Assembly: GCA_947381415.1 (NCBI GenBank)
Contig: CANCVB010000011.1
Span: 3,518 to 67,517, forward strand
Origin: Burkholderiales bacterium
GTDB taxonomy: Bacteria; Pseudomonadota; Gammaproteobacteria; Burkholderiales; Burkholderiaceae_C
Length of the DNA: 64,000 bases
Reading direction: 5' to 3'
Shown: positions 41,932 to 54,123 of the stretch, in pieces
How the letters are laid out: each line of letters starts with the position of its first letter
Numbering within the stretch: position 1 is the first letter of the stretch
The notes under the pieces: generated by a model
Databases searched by the model: none
Seen by the model: only the letters and a program-made list of their open reading frames with translations
What the model was told of the DNA's origin: nothing
Made by a program: the position numbers and the translations under genes

Positions 41932-42909
41932 ATGAACCTTTTGTTTATCACCGATCCGCTTGACGGATTCAAGCTCGACAAAGACAGCAGCTTGGCCATG
42001 ATGCGTGAGGCACAACGTCGTGGCCATGCGGTGTGGGTGTGCGGTACCCCTGATCTGCAGTGGCGAAGCGGCGAGCGCGTCAGTGCAGTGGTGCAACGCC
42101 TGCACTTGCAAGAGCAGACCCATGATTGGTACCGCATCGAAGAAACGCGCAGCCTAGCCGTGTGTGAAATGGATGCGGTTTTGATGCGCAAAGACCCACC
42201 GTTTGACAGCGAATACTTTTACGCCACCCACTTGCTAACCCAAGCCGAGCGCGAGGGTGCCAAGGTGTTTAACCGCCCCAGCGCTTTGCGCGAGCACCCC
42301 GAAAAACTCGCTCTGATGGAATTTGCCGCGTGGACCACGCCCACCTTGGTTACCCGCCGGCCCGAGGCCATTCGGGCTTTTCACCAGCAACACCAAGACA
42401 TCATCTTGAAGCCTTTGGATGGCATGGGTGGCATGGGTATTTTTCGGGTGCGCGCCGATGGCCTGAATTTGGGCAGCATCATTGAAACCCTCAACCGCGA
42501 TGGGGCAACCAGTGTCATGGTGCAGCAGTTTGTGCCAGCGATTGCCCAAGGCGATAAACGGGTGTTGGTGATAGGTGGCAAGCCTGTGCCTTATGCACTG
42601 GCACGCATTCCCCAAGGCAACGAGGTACGAGGCAACCTGGCGGCAGGCGGCAAAGGCGTGGCCCAGGCCTTGACGGCGCGCGACCAAGAAATTGCCCATG
42701 CCATAGGCCCTGTGCTGGCTGCCAGAGGCTTGTTGCTGGTGGGTTTGGACATCATTGGCGACTGTCTGACCGAGGTCAATGTCACCAGTCCCACCTGTTT
42801 CCGTGAAATCACCGACCAAACCGGTTGTGATGTTGCCGCCCTCTTCATGGATGCCTTGCAACAAGCACTGAATCACCCCCAAGCGATGACGCTGGCATCG
42901 GGCGCATGA
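41932..42909 (+). CDS. gshB: Glutathione synthetase
   Basis: MRKDPPFD, KPLDGMGG, RGNLAAGG, EVNVTSPT motifs. Confidence 0.96.
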   Translation: MNLLFITDPLDGFKLDKDSSLAMMREAQRRGHAVWVCGTPDLQWRSGERVSAVVQRLHLQEQTHDWYRIEETRSLAVCEMDAVLMRKDPPFDSEYFYATHLLTQAEREGAKVFNRPSALREHPEKLALMEFAAWTTPTLVTRRPEAIRAFHQQHQDIILKPLDGMGGMGIFRVRADGLNLGSIIETLNRDGATSVMVQQFVPAIAQGDKRVLVIGGKPVPYALARIPQGNEVRGNLAAGGKGVAQALTARDQEIAHAIGPVLAARGLLLVGLDIIGDCLTEVNVTSPTCFREITDQTGCDVAALFMDALQQALNHPQAMTLASGA

Positions 42910-44114
42910 AACTGTTTTTGGACCAGCAGTTGTTTGAGCCCTATGCCCATGCGGCACAGGCGCGCTTGGCGTCTATCCGTCCCTTTGAGTACGCCCAAAC
43001 CCGCAACCATTTGGGTGGCGCGGTCACACTGTTGTCACCGTATCTGACCCACGGTTTGCTGAATGTGCCGCAAGTGGCCCAGTATGTGTACAAAGCACAC
43101 CGCATCGGTGTGCAACACAAGTTCATGTTCGAGTTGGCGTGGCGAGAATATTTTCAGCACGTGCACGAGGTTTTGGGCGATGACATCTTGCACAACTTGC
43201 ACGAAGGCGTTTTGCCTGAAGATGCCTATGCCCAGAGCTTGCCCGAGGATGTGCGACGCGGCGCAACCGGTGTGCCGGTGGTCGACCAAGCGGTGCGTCA
43301 GTTGTATTTCAGTGGTTATGTGCACAACCATGCACGCCTGTGGTTGGCCAGCTACTTGGTGCATATGCGCAAGGTCCATTGGCGCGTGGGCGCCGAGTGG
43401 ATGTACAGCCATTTGATCGATGGCGACATCGCCAGCAACCACCTGAGTTGGCAATGGGTGGCTGGCACGGGCAGCCACAAACCGTATTTGTTCAATGCCG
43501 ACAATGTGGCGATGTATGCGCCAGACCTGTGGCACAGCCCGCAAACAGTGATCGACAAAGACATGGACATCATTGACATGATTGCCCGCAGTCGCGCCAC
43601 CTTTACCCAGTCGCAATCCAGACACGCGCCGGTCGAAGAACCCACGCTGTTTGCGCAACCGCCAGCGGTCGCCGATTTGGTGGCCAGTGGCGTGGCTGCA
43701 GACAAGTTGGTGGGGCGCGATGTGTGGTGGATACACCCTTGGGCCATCAGCCACCATACCCCCCAGGCCTTGCCCGCTGATGTGATTCACATGGCAGCGT
43801 GCTGGCAAAGTTGGACCGAGCAACACCCTTGGAGCGAGGCGCGTTGGCGCTTTGTAGGCAAAGGCATGAACGATGTGGCCTCGCATTGTTGGTTTGAGCC
43901 CGATGCCCAGTTGATGGCGATGTTTGCCAAAGCCAAGACGGTGCATGTGTGGGACCACGCCTGCTTGCCCCAATGGCCGGGTATTCATTGGGTGCGCCAT
44001 GCACCCCCCAGGCTATGGCCCAGGCAAGCCGAGCACAGCCCATCGTTTTCGCACTGGTGGGGCCGGGTCAACCGCTACAAGCAGTCGATCCCGCAGTTGT
44101 TGCGTAAGCTCTAA
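42906..44114 (+). CDS. Photolyase-family protein with N-terminal FAD-binding domain (inverted domain order)
   Basis: [37 protein letters not shown] motifs lie in the first ~200 aa. Confidence 0.8.
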   Translation: MKLFLDQQLFEPYAHAAQARLASIRPFEYAQTRNHLGGAVTLLSPYLTHGLLNVPQVAQYVYKAHRIGVQHKFMFELAWREYFQHVHEVLGDDILHNLHEGVLPEDAYAQSLPEDVRRGATGVPVVDQAVRQLYFSGYVHNHARLWLASYLVHMRKVHWRVGAEWMYSHLIDGDIASNHLSWQWVAGTGSHKPYLFNADNVAMYAPDLWHSPQTVIDKDMDIIDMIARSRATFTQSQSRHAPVEEPTLFAQPPAVADLVASGVAADKLVGRDVWWIHPWAISHHTPQALPADVIHMAACWQSWTEQHPWSEARWRFVGKGMNDVASHCWFEPDAQLMAMFAKAKTVHVWDHACLPQWPGIHWVRHAPPRLWPRQAEHSPSFSHWWGRVNRYKQSIPQLLRKL

Positions 44115-46315
44115 GCCGCCTTCACCTTCAAGCGCCAGGCATGCAGCAGTGGCTCGGTGTAGCCGCTGGGTTGCTCCTTGCCTTTGAACACCAGGTCCAG
44201 CGCCGCTTGGTAAGCCTTGGAGCTGTGGAAGTGACCCGCCATGGCTTGGTAAAGCGTGTCGCCCGCGTTTTGCTTGTCGACCACGGCCGCCATGCGCTCA
44301 AAGGTGGCGCGCACCTGAGCTTCGCTCACCACACCATGTTCAAGCCAATTGGCAATGTGCTGGCTGGAGATGCGCAGCGTGGCGCGGTCTTCCATCAGGC
44401 CCACGTTGTGGATGTCGGGCACCTTGGAGCAGCCCACGCCTTGGTCAATCCAACGCACCACATAGCCCAAGATGCCTTGCACGTTGTTGTCGAGTTCTTG
44501 CTGTTTCTCGGCCGCGCTCCAATCGGCTTTGGCCACCACGGGCACGGTGAGCAGGTCTTGGAGCAACTTGGCGCGCTGTTTGTCGGCGTCAATTTTTTCC
44601 AGCTCTTTTTGCACATCGCTCACCAACACCTGGTGGTAGTGCATGGCGTGCAGCGTGGCACCGGTGGGGCTGGGCACCCACGCGGTGTTGGCACCGGCTT
44701 TGGGGTGCGCAATTTTTTGTTTCAGCATCTCGGCCATCAGGTCGGGCATGGCCCACATGCCTTTGCCAATTTGCGCCTTGCCGCGCAGGCCACAGGACAA
44801 GCCCACCAGCACGTTGTTGCGCTCGTAAGCAGCAATCCAAGCACTGCTCTTCATGTCGCCCTTGCGCAGCATGGGGCCAGCGAGCATGGCGGTGTGCATC
44901 TCGTCGCCAGTGCGGTCCAAAAAGCCGGTGTTGATGAAGGCCACGCGGCTGGCTGCCGCGGCGATACAGGCTTTCAAATTGACGCTGGTGCGGCGCTCTT
45001 CGTCCATGATGCCCAGCTTCACGGTGCTGTCGGGCAAGCCCAAGACCTGCTCGACACGGCCAAACAATTCGGAGGCAAAGGCCACCTCGGCGGGACCGTG
45101 CATTTTGGGTTTGACGATGTAGACCGAGCCCGTGCGTGAATTGCGAATGCCGTTGGCACCATGGCCTTGCAGGTCGTGCAGGGCGATGGTGGTGGTGACC
45201 ATGGCGTCCATGATGCCCTCGGGGATTTCATGCGTTTGGCCGTTGGCACCGGTGTAGAGGATGGCCGGGTTGGTCATCAAGTGGCCCACATTGCGCAAGA
45301 ACAAAAGCGAGCGGCCATGCAACTTGACCTCGGCGTCACCTTTGGGGGCGTGGTATACGCGGTCAGGGTTCAGGCCGCGCTTGAAGGTGGTGCCGCCCTT
45401 GCTCACATCCTCGGTGAGCGTGCCTTTCAAAATGCCCAGCCAGTTGCTGTAGGCCAAGAGTTTGTCCTCGGCGTCCACGGCAGCGACGGAATCTTCCAAG
45501 TCCAGGATGGTGGACAAAGCGGCTTCCACCACCAGGTCGCACACGCCTGCGGGGTCGGTTGCACCGATGGGGTGTTGGGCGTTGATTTGGATGTCCAAAT
45601 GCAAGCCGTTGTGAATCAGCAAGACGGAAGAGGGGTGGGCCGCATCACCTTGGTAGCCCACGAATTGCTTGGGGTTGGCCAAGGCGGAGGTTTTGCCGCC
45701 TTGCAGGGTGACCACCAAAGCGCCTTTGACCACGGCGTAGCCAATGGAATCGATGTGCGAGCCGGTTTTCAAAGGGGCAGTGCGGTCCAGCACATAACGG
45801 GCGTATTCGATGACCTTGGCGCCACGCTTGTCGTTGTAGCCCGGGCCTTTGGCGCAGCCATCGGCTTCAGAGATGGCGTCCGTACCGTACAGCGCGTCGT
45901 ACAACGAACCCCAGCGTGCATTGGCCGCGTTCAGGGCGTAGCGCGCGTTCAGGATGGGCACCACCAACTGCGGGCCGGCTTGGGTCGCCAGTTCGGCGTC
46001 CACGTTGGCGGTGGTGGCCTTCACGTTGGCAGGCACGGGCACCAAATAGCCAATTTGGGTGAGAAAGGCTTGGTAGGCCTTCATGTCGGTGACCGGGCCT
46101 GGGTGGGCGCTGTGCCAGTGGTCGAGTTCGGTTTGCAAGCGGTCGCGTTCGGCCAGCAAAGCTTTGTTTTTCGGGGCCAAGTTGGCCACGATGGCGTCAA
46201 AGCCGCGCCAGAAATTGACGCTGGTGACACCGGTGCCGGGCAAAACCTGTTGGTCAATGAATTGGTAAAGAGGGGTGGCTACTTGGAGTCGGTAAACAGA
46301 GGTACGAGCAGTCAT
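44111..46315 (-). CDS. glcB: Malate synthase G
   Basis: [35 protein letters not shown] motifs. Confidence 0.96.
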   Translation of the reverse strand: MTARTSVYRLQVATPLYQFIDQQVLPGTGVTSVNFWRGFDAIVANLAPKNKALLAERDRLQTELDHWHSAHPGPVTDMKAYQAFLTQIGYLVPVPANVKATTANVDAELATQAGPQLVVPILNARYALNAANARWGSLYDALYGTDAISEADGCAKGPGYNDKRGAKVIEYARYVLDRTAPLKTGSHIDSIGYAVVKGALVVTLQGGKTSALANPKQFVGYQGDAAHPSSVLLIHNGLHLDIQINAQHPIGATDPAGVCDLVVEAALSTILDLEDSVAAVDAEDKLLAYSNWLGILKGTLTEDVSKGGTTFKRGLNPDRVYHAPKGDAEVKLHGRSLLFLRNVGHLMTNPAILYTGANGQTHEIPEGIMDAMVTTTIALHDLQGHGANGIRNSRTGSVYIVKPKMHGPAEVAFASELFGRVEQVLGLPDSTVKLGIMDEERRTSVNLKACIAAAASRVAFINTGFLDRTGDEMHTAMLAGPMLRKGDMKSSAWIAAYERNNVLVGLSCGLRGKAQIGKGMWAMPDLMAEMLKQKIAHPKAGANTAWVPSPTGATLHAMHYHQVLVSDVQKELEKIDADKQRAKLLQDLLTVPVVAKADWSAAEKQQELDNNVQGILGYVVRWIDQGVGCSKVPDIHNVGLMEDRATLRISSQHIANWLEHGVVSEAQVRATFERMAAVVDKQNAGDTLYQAMAGHFHSSKAYQAALDLVFKGKEQPSGYTEPLLHAWRLKVKAA

Positions 46316-46432
46316 GGTCAATCACTAAAGTAGGGGCGTTGAAAAAACAAAAAGCCTTGAAAGGCCGCGCAGCCATTGTAGAGAAAGGGCGCAGACAAGG
46401 TTCAGGGCAGGCCTGCCTCGTAGAATGAGCGA

Positions 46433-48130
46433 ATGCTTTTGGTTCAAAATGATTTACACACTGCGCTGGCGCAGTCCTTAGAGGCATTGATGCCCGGCGG
46501 CGCAGCCAAGGCGGTATTGGAATACCCCAAAGTGGCCGCCCATGGCGACTGGGCGGTAACGGCTGCCATGCAATTGGCCAAGCCTTTGAAACGCAATCCC
46601 CGCGAATTGGCCGAGGCTTTGCGCCAATCCTTGCTTGACTCGGACGCGGCCAAGCGCTGGGTGCAAGCCATTGAGATTGCAGGGCCTGGCTTTATCAACA
46701 TCCGCTTAACCCCTGATGCACATCAGCAGGTGGTGCGGGAGGTCTTGCGTCAAGCCGCAGGCTTTGGCCGCCAAGCCGCGCATGGTCAACGGCTGTTGGT
46801 GGAGTTCGTCTCGGCCAACCCCACAGGCCCTTTGCATGTCGGCCATGGCCGCCAAGCCGCCTTGGGCGACGCGATTTGCAATTTGTTCGACAGCCAAGGC
46901 TGGTCGGTGCACCGTGAGTTTTATTACAACGATGCGGGTGTGCAAATCCACACCTTGGCGGTCTCCACACAATGCCGTGCCAAGGGCTTGTCACCCGGCG
47001 ACGCGGCATGGCCGGAGAACGCCTACAACGGCGACTACATCGCTGACATCGCGCTCGATTTTTTGGCCAAAAAAACCGTTTCAGCCGATGACCGCCAATT
47101 CACCGCCAATGGCGATGTGGAGGACTTGGACAATATCCGCGACTTCGCTGTCGCGTATTTGCGGCGTGAGCAAGACCTTGACTTGCAAGCCTTCCAAGTC
47201 TCGTTTGACCATTACTACCTGGAGTCCAGCCTTTACACCGATGGGCGTGTCGACCAAACCGTGGCGTCATTGATAGCCTCGGGTCACACCTATGAACATG
47301 AAGGGGCGCTGTGGTTGCGCTCTACCGATTTTGGTGACGACAAAGACCGTGTGATGCGCAAGTCCGATGGCGGCTACACCTATTTCGTGCCCGATGTGGC
47401 TTACCACTTGGCCAAGTGGGAGCGAGGATTTACTAAGGTCATCAATATCCAAGGCACCGATCACCACGGCACCATCGCGCGTGTGCGCGCGGGTTTGCAA
47501 GCGGCCTCACAGCAACAGGGTTTGCATATTCCCCAGGGCTATCCCGACTATGTGTTGCACACCATGGTGCGGGTCATGCGCGGCGGTGAGGAAGTGAAAA
47601 TTTCCAAACGCGCGGGCAGTTATGTCACCTTGCGCGACCTGATTGAGTGGACCAGCAAGGATGCGGTGCGCTTCTTTTTACTTAGCCGCAAACCCGACAC
47701 CGAGTATGTGTTTGATGTGGATTTGGCGCTGGCGCAAAACAACGACAACCCGGTGTTTTATGTGCAATACGCGCATGCACGGATTTGTTCGGTGTTGGCG
47801 AGCTGGGCTGAATCCAGCGGCTTGACGCCTGCCCATTTGGCCGATGTCGACCTGATCGCATTGGATTCGCCTGCCGCACTGTCACTGATGCGGGTGCTGG
47901 CGCGTTATCCTGACATGCTGCAACAAGCCTGTACCGACTTTGCCCCGCACGATGTGAGTTTTTACCTGCGCGAGTTGGCCTCGGCTTACCACAGCTATTA
48001 CGATGCCGAGCGGATCTTGGTCGATGCGCCCGAGGTGCGCCAAGCACGGGTGGCGTTGGTGGCCGCTGTGGCGCAGGTTTTGCACAATGGATTGGCGGTG
48101 TTGGGCGTGTCAGCCCCCGCCCGTATGTAA
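46433..48130 (+). CDS. argS: Arginine--tRNA ligase
   Basis: [30 protein letters not shown] motifs. Confidence 0.97.
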   Translation: MLLVQNDLHTALAQSLEALMPGGAAKAVLEYPKVAAHGDWAVTAAMQLAKPLKRNPRELAEALRQSLLDSDAAKRWVQAIEIAGPGFINIRLTPDAHQQVVREVLRQAAGFGRQAAHGQRLLVEFVSANPTGPLHVGHGRQAALGDAICNLFDSQGWSVHREFYYNDAGVQIHTLAVSTQCRAKGLSPGDAAWPENAYNGDYIADIALDFLAKKTVSADDRQFTANGDVEDLDNIRDFAVAYLRREQDLDLQAFQVSFDHYYLESSLYTDGRVDQTVASLIASGHTYEHEGALWLRSTDFGDDKDRVMRKSDGGYTYFVPDVAYHLAKWERGFTKVINIQGTDHHGTIARVRAGLQAASQQQGLHIPQGYPDYVLHTMVRVMRGGEEVKISKRAGSYVTLRDLIEWTSKDAVRFFLLSRKPDTEYVFDVDLALAQNNDNPVFYVQYAHARICSVLASWAESSGLTPAHLADVDLIALDSPAALSLMRVLARYPDMLQQACTDFAPHDVSFYLRELASAYHSYYDAERILVDAPEVRQARVALVAAVAQVLHNGLAVLGVSAPARM

Positions 48131-48139
48131 AGGTCAAGC

Positions 48140-48721
48140 ATGGTTTCTTTTTCTCGACAGCGCGGCAACACCGTCTTAGGCTTTATCTTGGGCTTGGTGG
48201 TGGGTTTGACGGTGGCTTTGGTGGTGGCGATTTACGTCACCAAGGTACCCATCCCCTTTTTGAACAAAGGCCTGAGCCGCAATGCCGAACAAGACGCGGC
48301 CGAACAAAAAAAGAACAAAGACTGGGACCCCAACGCCCCCTTGTATGGCAAAAACCCAGCGGCCAACGCACCCGCCGACAAGCCTGCGGTCAACCCGGCA
48401 GCGCCTCCCCCACCCCCTGCCGCAGAGTCGACAAGCGCAGACCCTTTGGGCGATTTGGCGCAAAGCAAAACCCAAGCGGGCGAGGCCTTTTACTATTTCG
48501 TTCAGGTCGGCGCTTTCAATGGCAGCGAGGACGCACAAACCCAACGCGCCAAATTGGCTTTGGGTGGTTTTGACCCCAAAATTTCTGAGCGCGAACAAAG
48601 CGGCAAAATCGTTTACCGTGTTCGCTTGGGCCCGTTTGAGACCAAAACCGAGGCCGAAGACACCCAAGCCAAACTCAAAGCCACCAAATTTGAATCTGCC
48701 CTGATTCGGGTTCAACGCTGA
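48140..48721 (+). CDS. SPOR domain cell division protein (FtsN-like)
   Basis: N-terminal TM, low-complexity linker, VQVGAF...YRVRLGPF; argS-SPOR-dsbA synteny. Confidence 0.88.
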   Translation: MVSFSRQRGNTVLGFILGLVVGLTVALVVAIYVTKVPIPFLNKGLSRNAEQDAAEQKKNKDWDPNAPLYGKNPAANAPADKPAVNPAAPPPPPAAESTSADPLGDLAQSKTQAGEAFYYFVQVGAFNGSEDAQTQRAKLALGGFDPKISEREQSGKIVYRVRLGPFETKTEAEDTQAKLKATKFESALIRVQR

Positions 48722-48743
48722 TCTTTTTTCCAAGAGGCCCTTT

Positions 48744-49385
48744 ATGCAACGCCGCACTTTTTCTGCCCTGACTTTGGGCGCTTTGTCGTCTGTACCTTTT
48801 GCCTCTGCCCACGCGCAAGCCGGCTTCAAAGAAGGTACCGATTACTACAAACTCAGCCAAGCCGTGCCCACCGAAGCGGCCAAGGGCCGTATCGAGGTGT
48901 TGGAGTTCTTTTGGTACAACTGCCCGCACTGCAATGCGTTTGAACCCAGCTTGAGTGCGTGGAGCAAAAAGTTGCCCAAGGATGTTGAACTCAAGCGTGT
49001 GCCAGTGCGCTTTCGTGCCGAGTTTGAGCCACAGCAACGCGCGTTTTATGTTTTGGAAGCCTTGGGCAAGATTGAAGAATTGCAAGCCAAAATGTTTGCC
49101 GCCATCCACACCGAGCACCAAACCCTGACCAGCTTAGAGCCTTTGCAGGCATGGGCCGAGAAAAACGGGATTCCCAAAAAGCAGTTCACCGACTTGTTCA
49201 ATTCGTTCGCTGTGATTGGCAAAGCCCGCCGCGCCGCACAGTTGCAAGAGCTCTTCAAGGTCGAAGGGGTGCCCGCCTTGGGTGTGGCGGGCCGGTTTTA
49301 TGTGGACGGCTCTTTGGCGGGCAGCATGGACCGCGCTTTGCAAATTGCGGACTTCTTGGTCGCCGAGGTACGCAAAGGCCGTTGA
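48744..49385 (+). CDS. dsbA: Thiol:disulfide interchange protein DsbA
   Basis: EFFWYNCPHC, GVP motifs; signal peptide. Confidence 0.93.
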   Translation: MQRRTFSALTLGALSSVPFASAHAQAGFKEGTDYYKLSQAVPTEAAKGRIEVLEFFWYNCPHCNAFEPSLSAWSKKLPKDVELKRVPVRFRAEFEPQQRAFYVLEALGKIEELQAKMFAAIHTEHQTLTSLEPLQAWAEKNGIPKKQFTDLFNSFAVIGKARRAAQLQELFKVEGVPALGVAGRFYVDGSLAGSMDRALQIADFLVAEVRKGR

Positions 49386-49445
49386 AAGCGCGGGCGATTC
49401 TGCCCCTACAATGCAGGCCATCTGTCTTTCAGCAATTTTCGTGCC

Positions 49446-50003
49446 TTGAAAAATTTTCTCTTTGTGTGTTGTCTCGCTGCGGCTTTGCAATCCCCCTTGG
49501 TTGCTTGGGCGGAAAAAGCCGACCGTGGCAAACCCATGAACATCGAGGCCGATAACCTGGACCATGACGAGTTAAAACAACTCAGCATCTTCACGGGCAA
49601 AGTGGTGGCCACCAAAGGCAGCTTGGTTTTGCGGGGTGCGCGCTTAGAGGTGTTGCAAGACCCCGAGGGTTACCAATACGGTTTGTTGATTGCCGAGCCT
49701 GGCAAAAAAGCGTTTTACCGACAAAAGCGTGAAGGCCTGGACGAGTGGATGGAAGGCGAAGGCGAGCGTATCGAGTACGACAGCCGCGCAGACCGCGTGA
49801 CCTTGATCAACCGTGCAGAAATTCGACGCTTTCGTGGCACCGTTTTGAACGACGACATCACCGGACAGCGCATCGTTTACGAAAACTTGACCGACCAATT
49901 CACGGTCGATGGCAAACAGGCCGGTAACAAGCCCAGTGCCGAATCCTCTGGGCGGGTGCGTGCGGTGCTCACACCGCGCAAAAAAGACGAGGCAGGCAAG
50001 TGA
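49446..50003 (+). CDS. lptA: LPS transport periplasmic protein LptA
   Basis: [17 protein letters not shown]; upstream of lptB. Confidence 0.88.
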   Translation: MKNFLFVCCLAAALQSPLVAWAEKADRGKPMNIEADNLDHDELKQLSIFTGKVVATKGSLVLRGARLEVLQDPEGYQYGLLIAEPGKKAFYRQKREGLDEWMEGEGERIEYDSRADRVTLINRAEIRRFRGTVLNDDITGQRIVYENLTDQFTVDGKQAGNKPSAESSGRVRAVLTPRKKDEAGK

Positions 50004-50761
50004 ATTCCACGCCTGCCCCCATCAGCCGGTTGGTGGCGCAGCATCTTCAAAAAACCTATATCAGCCGCACCGTGGTGCACGATGTGTCTATTTCGGTTGC
50101 CAAGGGTGAAGTGGTCGGCTTGCTCGGCCCCAATGGCGCGGGCAAAACCACCTCTTTTTACATGATTGTGGGTTTGGTGCGTGCCGATGCGGGCAGCATT
50201 TCCATCGATGGTGTGTCGGTCGAGCATTTGCCCATTCACCGCCGCGCCCGCATGGGCTTGAGTTACCTGCCCCAAGAGGCATCCATTTTTCGCAAGCTCA
50301 ATGTGGCAGACAACGTGCGTGCGGTGTTGGAGTTGCAAACCGACGAGCAAGGCAAGCCTTTGGACAAAGGCACGATCGAGACCCGTTTGAGTGGCTTGTT
50401 ACAAGAGTTGCGCATCGAACATTTGCGTGATTCGCCAGCGCCGTCCTTGTCGGGTGGCGAGCGTCGGCGGGTAGAGATTGCGCGCGCCTTGGCCACCCAA
50501 CCGCGGTTTATTTTGCTGGATGAACCCTTCGCGGGTATCGACCCGATCGCGGTGCTGGAGATCCAGCGCATCATCGGCTTTTTGAAAGCCAAGGGCATTG
50601 GCGTGCTCATCACCGACCACAATGTGCGTGAAACCTTGGGCATTTGTGACCACGCCAGCATCATCAGCGAAGGCCGGGTACTGGCTGAGGGCACGCCCGA
50701 AGCGATTGTCAACAACCCTGAGGTACGGCGGGTGTACCTGGGCGAAAACTTCCGCATGTGA
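50000..50761 (+). CDS. lptB: LPS export ABC ATPase LptB
   Basis: [33 protein letters not shown] motifs. Confidence 0.96.
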   Translation: MNSTPAPISRLVAQHLQKTYISRTVVHDVSISVAKGEVVGLLGPNGAGKTTSFYMIVGLVRADAGSISIDGVSVEHLPIHRRARMGLSYLPQEASIFRKLNVADNVRAVLELQTDEQGKPLDKGTIETRLSGLLQELRIEHLRDSPAPSLSGGERRRVEIARALATQPRFILLDEPFAGIDPIAVLEIQRIIGFLKAKGIGVLITDHNVRETLGICDHASIISEGRVLAEGTPEAIVNNPEVRRVYLGENFRM

Positions 50762-50777
50762 GGCTTAGGCACAGCTT

Positions 50778-52355
50778 ATGAAGCAAGGCCTGTCACTTCG
50801 CGTCTCGCAGCACCTCGCGCTCACGCCCCAGTTGCAGCAATCCATTCGCTTGCTGCAACTCTCCACCTTGGAGTTGAGCCAAGAAATCGAACAAATGCTC
50901 GACGACAACCCATTTCTGGAAAAAGAAATGGAAGACTTGGCGCCGCGCGAAGACTTTGGTCTGGAACAAGAAAACACGGTGGCACAAACCTCTGAAGCAG
51001 AGCCCGAGAGCTGGGACGGTCCGATGGACCGGGTCAGCGAGGTGCGGGTGGAAACCGCCAGCGAAGCCGCCGCCCCCTTGGATGCCGAAGGTGTGGCCGA
51101 GAGCTGGGACGGCGATGGCAGCGTGGACTTCTCGCCCGACGACAGCGAATGGGGCGGCGACGCACCCGCGCGCAACAACAACAGCAATGACGACGATGAA
51201 AAAGCACAAGCCACTGAACTGGCGCGCAACCAAGAGTCGCTGACCGCGTTTTTGCACCGCCAAGCGTTGGCGCTGCGCTTGGACGACACCGACCGCGCCG
51301 CCTTGCGCTTCCTCATCGAGTCCTTGAACGATGATGGGTATTTGGAGGACAGCTTCCAAAGTTTGGCCGAGAGTTTGGCGGGCGACGACCTGGAGCAGTG
51401 CGAAGAACTGGTGCACCGCTTCCAAGTGGCGCTGGGCTTGTTGCAAAGCCTGGAGCCCACAGGGGTGGGCGCGCGCGACTTGGGCGAATGCCTGCGCTTG
51501 CAGTTGCAAGCCATTGCCGCCGACACCGAAGAGCGCGCCGCTTTGCGCGCCTGTGCCTTGGCGATTTGCAAGCAACCCTTGGAGTTGCTGGCCAAGCGTG
51601 ACTTCAAACGCTTGGCCGTGGCGGTGGGGGACACCGAGGCGCAGGTGAAATTGGCCATGGCGCTGATTGCCCGTTTAGAGCCCAAGCCGGGTCGTAAATT
51701 CATCGATGTGGAGCGCAACATCGTCATCCCCGACGTCTTGATCTTGCCGCATGGGGTGGACAAGCAAGGCACACCGCAGTTTCGCGCCATGCTCAACCCC
51801 GAGGTGATGCCGCGCCTGAAGGTCAACGACATTTATGCCAACGCCTTGAAGGGTGGCAAGGGCGATGGCCACGCGGGTTTGCAACAGCGCTTGCAAGAAG
51901 CGCGCTGGATGATCAAAAACATCCAGCAACGCTTTGACACCATCTTGCGCGTGAGCAACGCCATCACCCAGCGGCAAAAAAACTTTTTCATCCATGGCGA
52001 GCTGGCCATGAAGCCCATGGTGCTGCGTGAAATTGCCGAGGAACTGGGCTTGCACGAGTCCACCATCAGTCGCGTCACCACCGCCAAGTACATGCACACG
52101 CCCTATGGCACCTACGAGCTGAAGTATTTCTTTGGCTCGGGGCTGGGCACCGACAGCGGCAACAACGCGTCCAGCACCGCGGTGCGTGCGCTCATCAAAC
52201 AGCTCATCGCCAGTGAGAACCCGAAAAAACCGCTGTCTGACAACCAACTCTCGGACATGCTCAAAGAGCAAGGCATCGACTGCGCCCGTCGCACCGTTGC
52301 CAAGTACCGCGAAGCCCTGCGCATAGCGCCCACCAACCTGCGTAAAGCCCTGTGA
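50778..52355 (+). CDS. rpoN: RNA polymerase sigma-54 factor
   Basis: LTPQLQQSIRLLQLS, HESTISR, ARRTVAKYRE (RpoN box). Confidence 0.97.
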   Translation: MKQGLSLRVSQHLALTPQLQQSIRLLQLSTLELSQEIEQMLDDNPFLEKEMEDLAPREDFGLEQENTVAQTSEAEPESWDGPMDRVSEVRVETASEAAAPLDAEGVAESWDGDGSVDFSPDDSEWGGDAPARNNNSNDDDEKAQATELARNQESLTAFLHRQALALRLDDTDRAALRFLIESLNDDGYLEDSFQSLAESLAGDDLEQCEELVHRFQVALGLLQSLEPTGVGARDLGECLRLQLQAIAADTEERAALRACALAICKQPLELLAKRDFKRLAVAVGDTEAQVKLAMALIARLEPKPGRKFIDVERNIVIPDVLILPHGVDKQGTPQFRAMLNPEVMPRLKVNDIYANALKGGKGDGHAGLQQRLQEARWMIKNIQQRFDTILRVSNAITQRQKNFFIHGELAMKPMVLREIAEELGLHESTISRVTTAKYMHTPYGTYELKYFFGSGLGTDSGNNASSTAVRALIKQLIASENPKKPLSDNQLSDMLKEQGIDCARRTVAKYREALRIAPTNLRKAL

Positions 52356-53659
52356 ATTCCTTGCAATTGTTTGTGCCCTGCGCTGCAGGGGTTGAGAGCT
52401 ATTTGGCGCATGAAGTGGCGCAGATCACCGGCTTGCCCGCGCGTGACCTGCAAACCTTGCGCGGGGGGGTGCAATTGCAAGCCTCTTGGCGCGCGGCCAT
52501 GCAACTCAATTTGCACAGCCGCTTGGGCATGCGGGTGCTGATTCAACTCGCCCACCAGCCTTATGCCAGCGAGGACGACATTTACCAAGCCGCCAGCGCC
52601 GTGGCCTGGGAAATGTGGTTCACGCCCAAGCAAAGTTTCAGGGTGGAAATCACCGCGCAACACAGCCCTTTGAAGAGCCTGAACTTCGCCACGCTGCGCG
52701 TCAAGGACGCGGTGGCAGACCGCTTTCGCGACAAAAGTGGCGTGCGCCCCGATGTGGACACCCAACGCCCCGATGTGCGCGTGCACGCCCACCTGACCGA
52801 CAAAATGCTCACCCTGTATTTGGACACCACGGGTGAACCTTTGTTCAAACGCGGTTGGCGCGAAGACAAGGGTGACGCCCCTTTGAAAGAAACCTTGGCC
52901 GCCGCCATGCTGGCCGCCAGTGGATGGAGCATGCCGGTGCTCACCGCGCCTGGCGAAACCCCGCCTTCCGTGCCCGCCGTCGCGGGTGTGGAGCAAGGCC
53001 TGCCCTTGTACGACCCGTGTTGTGGCAGTGGCACCATCGTCATCGAGGCGGCGCAAATCGCTTGTCGCATGGCGGCGGGTTTGCAGCGGCGTTTTGGCTT
53101 TGAGAAGCTTCGCATGTACGACGCCCATGTGTGGCGGCAGTTGCAAGACGAGGCCCGCGCCCAAGAATGCGCCCCGCGCGCGCCAGTGTTTGGCAGCGAT
53201 TTGGCGTTTCGCATGGTCGACTTTGCCCAGCGCAACGCCGAGCGCGCGGGTGTGGCCAAGGCGGTGAATTTGCGCGGCGGCGACGCTTTGCAGCGCATGC
53301 CACCAGGCGACGCACCGGGTGTGATGTTGGTCAACCCGCCTTACGGCGAACGCATCGAAGCCGGTGGCGTGGCGGGTGCGGCCAGCCTGGCACGCGGCGG
53401 TCGCGAGGTCGGGCAGGTGGAGGACGGTGGCGAGTTTTTCAGCCAACTGGCCAGCCATTGGAAGCACCACTACGCGGGCTGGCGCGCCTGGGTGCTGACC
53501 CCCGATTTGAAGCTGCCTGGTCGCATGCGCCTCAAAGAGTCGCGCCGTGTGCCGATGTGGAATGGCCCCATCGAGTGCCGCATGTTTCGTTTTGACCTGA
53601 TGGCCGGTTCGGCACGCAAACCTGCAGCACAGGTCGACCAGCCGCCAGTTGCGCCATGA
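52352..53659 (+). CDS. THUMP-domain RNA methyltransferase (RlmL-like)
   Basis: APLKETLAAA, DPCCGSGT, NPPYGER motifs. Confidence 0.9.
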   Translation: MNSLQLFVPCAAGVESYLAHEVAQITGLPARDLQTLRGGVQLQASWRAAMQLNLHSRLGMRVLIQLAHQPYASEDDIYQAASAVAWEMWFTPKQSFRVEITAQHSPLKSLNFATLRVKDAVADRFRDKSGVRPDVDTQRPDVRVHAHLTDKMLTLYLDTTGEPLFKRGWREDKGDAPLKETLAAAMLAASGWSMPVLTAPGETPPSVPAVAGVEQGLPLYDPCCGSGTIVIEAAQIACRMAAGLQRRFGFEKLRMYDAHVWRQLQDEARAQECAPRAPVFGSDLAFRMVDFAQRNAERAGVAKAVNLRGGDALQRMPPGDAPGVMLVNPPYGERIEAGGVAGAASLARGGREVGQVEDGGEFFSQLASHWKHHYAGWRAWVLTPDLKLPGRMRLKESRRVPMWNGPIECRMFRFDLMAGSARKPAAQVDQPPVAP

Positions 53660-54123
53660 CGCAGGGCGTGGTGACGCCATCAGCATCGGTGGCCCCGGTC
53701 CCTGTGGTGATAGACACCAACATCGTGCTGGATATTTGGGTTTACCAAGACCCCGCAACACCTTCCTTGTTGACGGCCTTGGCGCAAGGTGCTGTGCAGT
53801 GGTTGGCCACAGCGCCCATGCGCGAGGAGTTGTTGCGGGTGTTGGACTATCCGCACATCGCCCAGCGCCGCGAGCGAGATGGTGTGACTGCGCTGGAGGT
53901 ATTGGCCTGCTTTGACCGCTTGGCGCAGATGCGCCCTGTTGCCCCCAAAGCCCCTTATGTCTGCAAAGACGCGGATGACCAGAAGTTCATCGATGTGGCC
54001 GTGGCGCATCAAGCCCTTCTGCTGAGCAAAGACAAGCAGGTGCTGCGACTGACCAACCGACTGGCTCGGCTGGGGGTGGAGGTGCGCGCACAATGGCATT
54101 CAACACCGAGGGAAGATGCATGA
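53656..54123 (+). CDS. PIN domain protein
   Basis: VVIDTNIVL, CKDADDQKFI, LLSKDKQVL acidic PIN motifs. Confidence 0.85.
   Translation: MTQGVVTPSASVAPVPVVIDTNIVLDIWVYQDPATPSLLTALAQGAVQWLATAPMREELLRVLDYPHIAQRRERDGVTALEVLACFDRLAQMRPVAPKAPYVCKDADDQKFIDVAVAHQALLLSKDKQVLRLTNRLARLGVEVRAQWHSTPREDA

Noticed and set aside
53656-54123. PIN gene as a toxin-antitoxin system
   Set aside because: No adjacent antitoxin ORF; it is coupled into a housekeeping operon after the THUMP methyltransferase.
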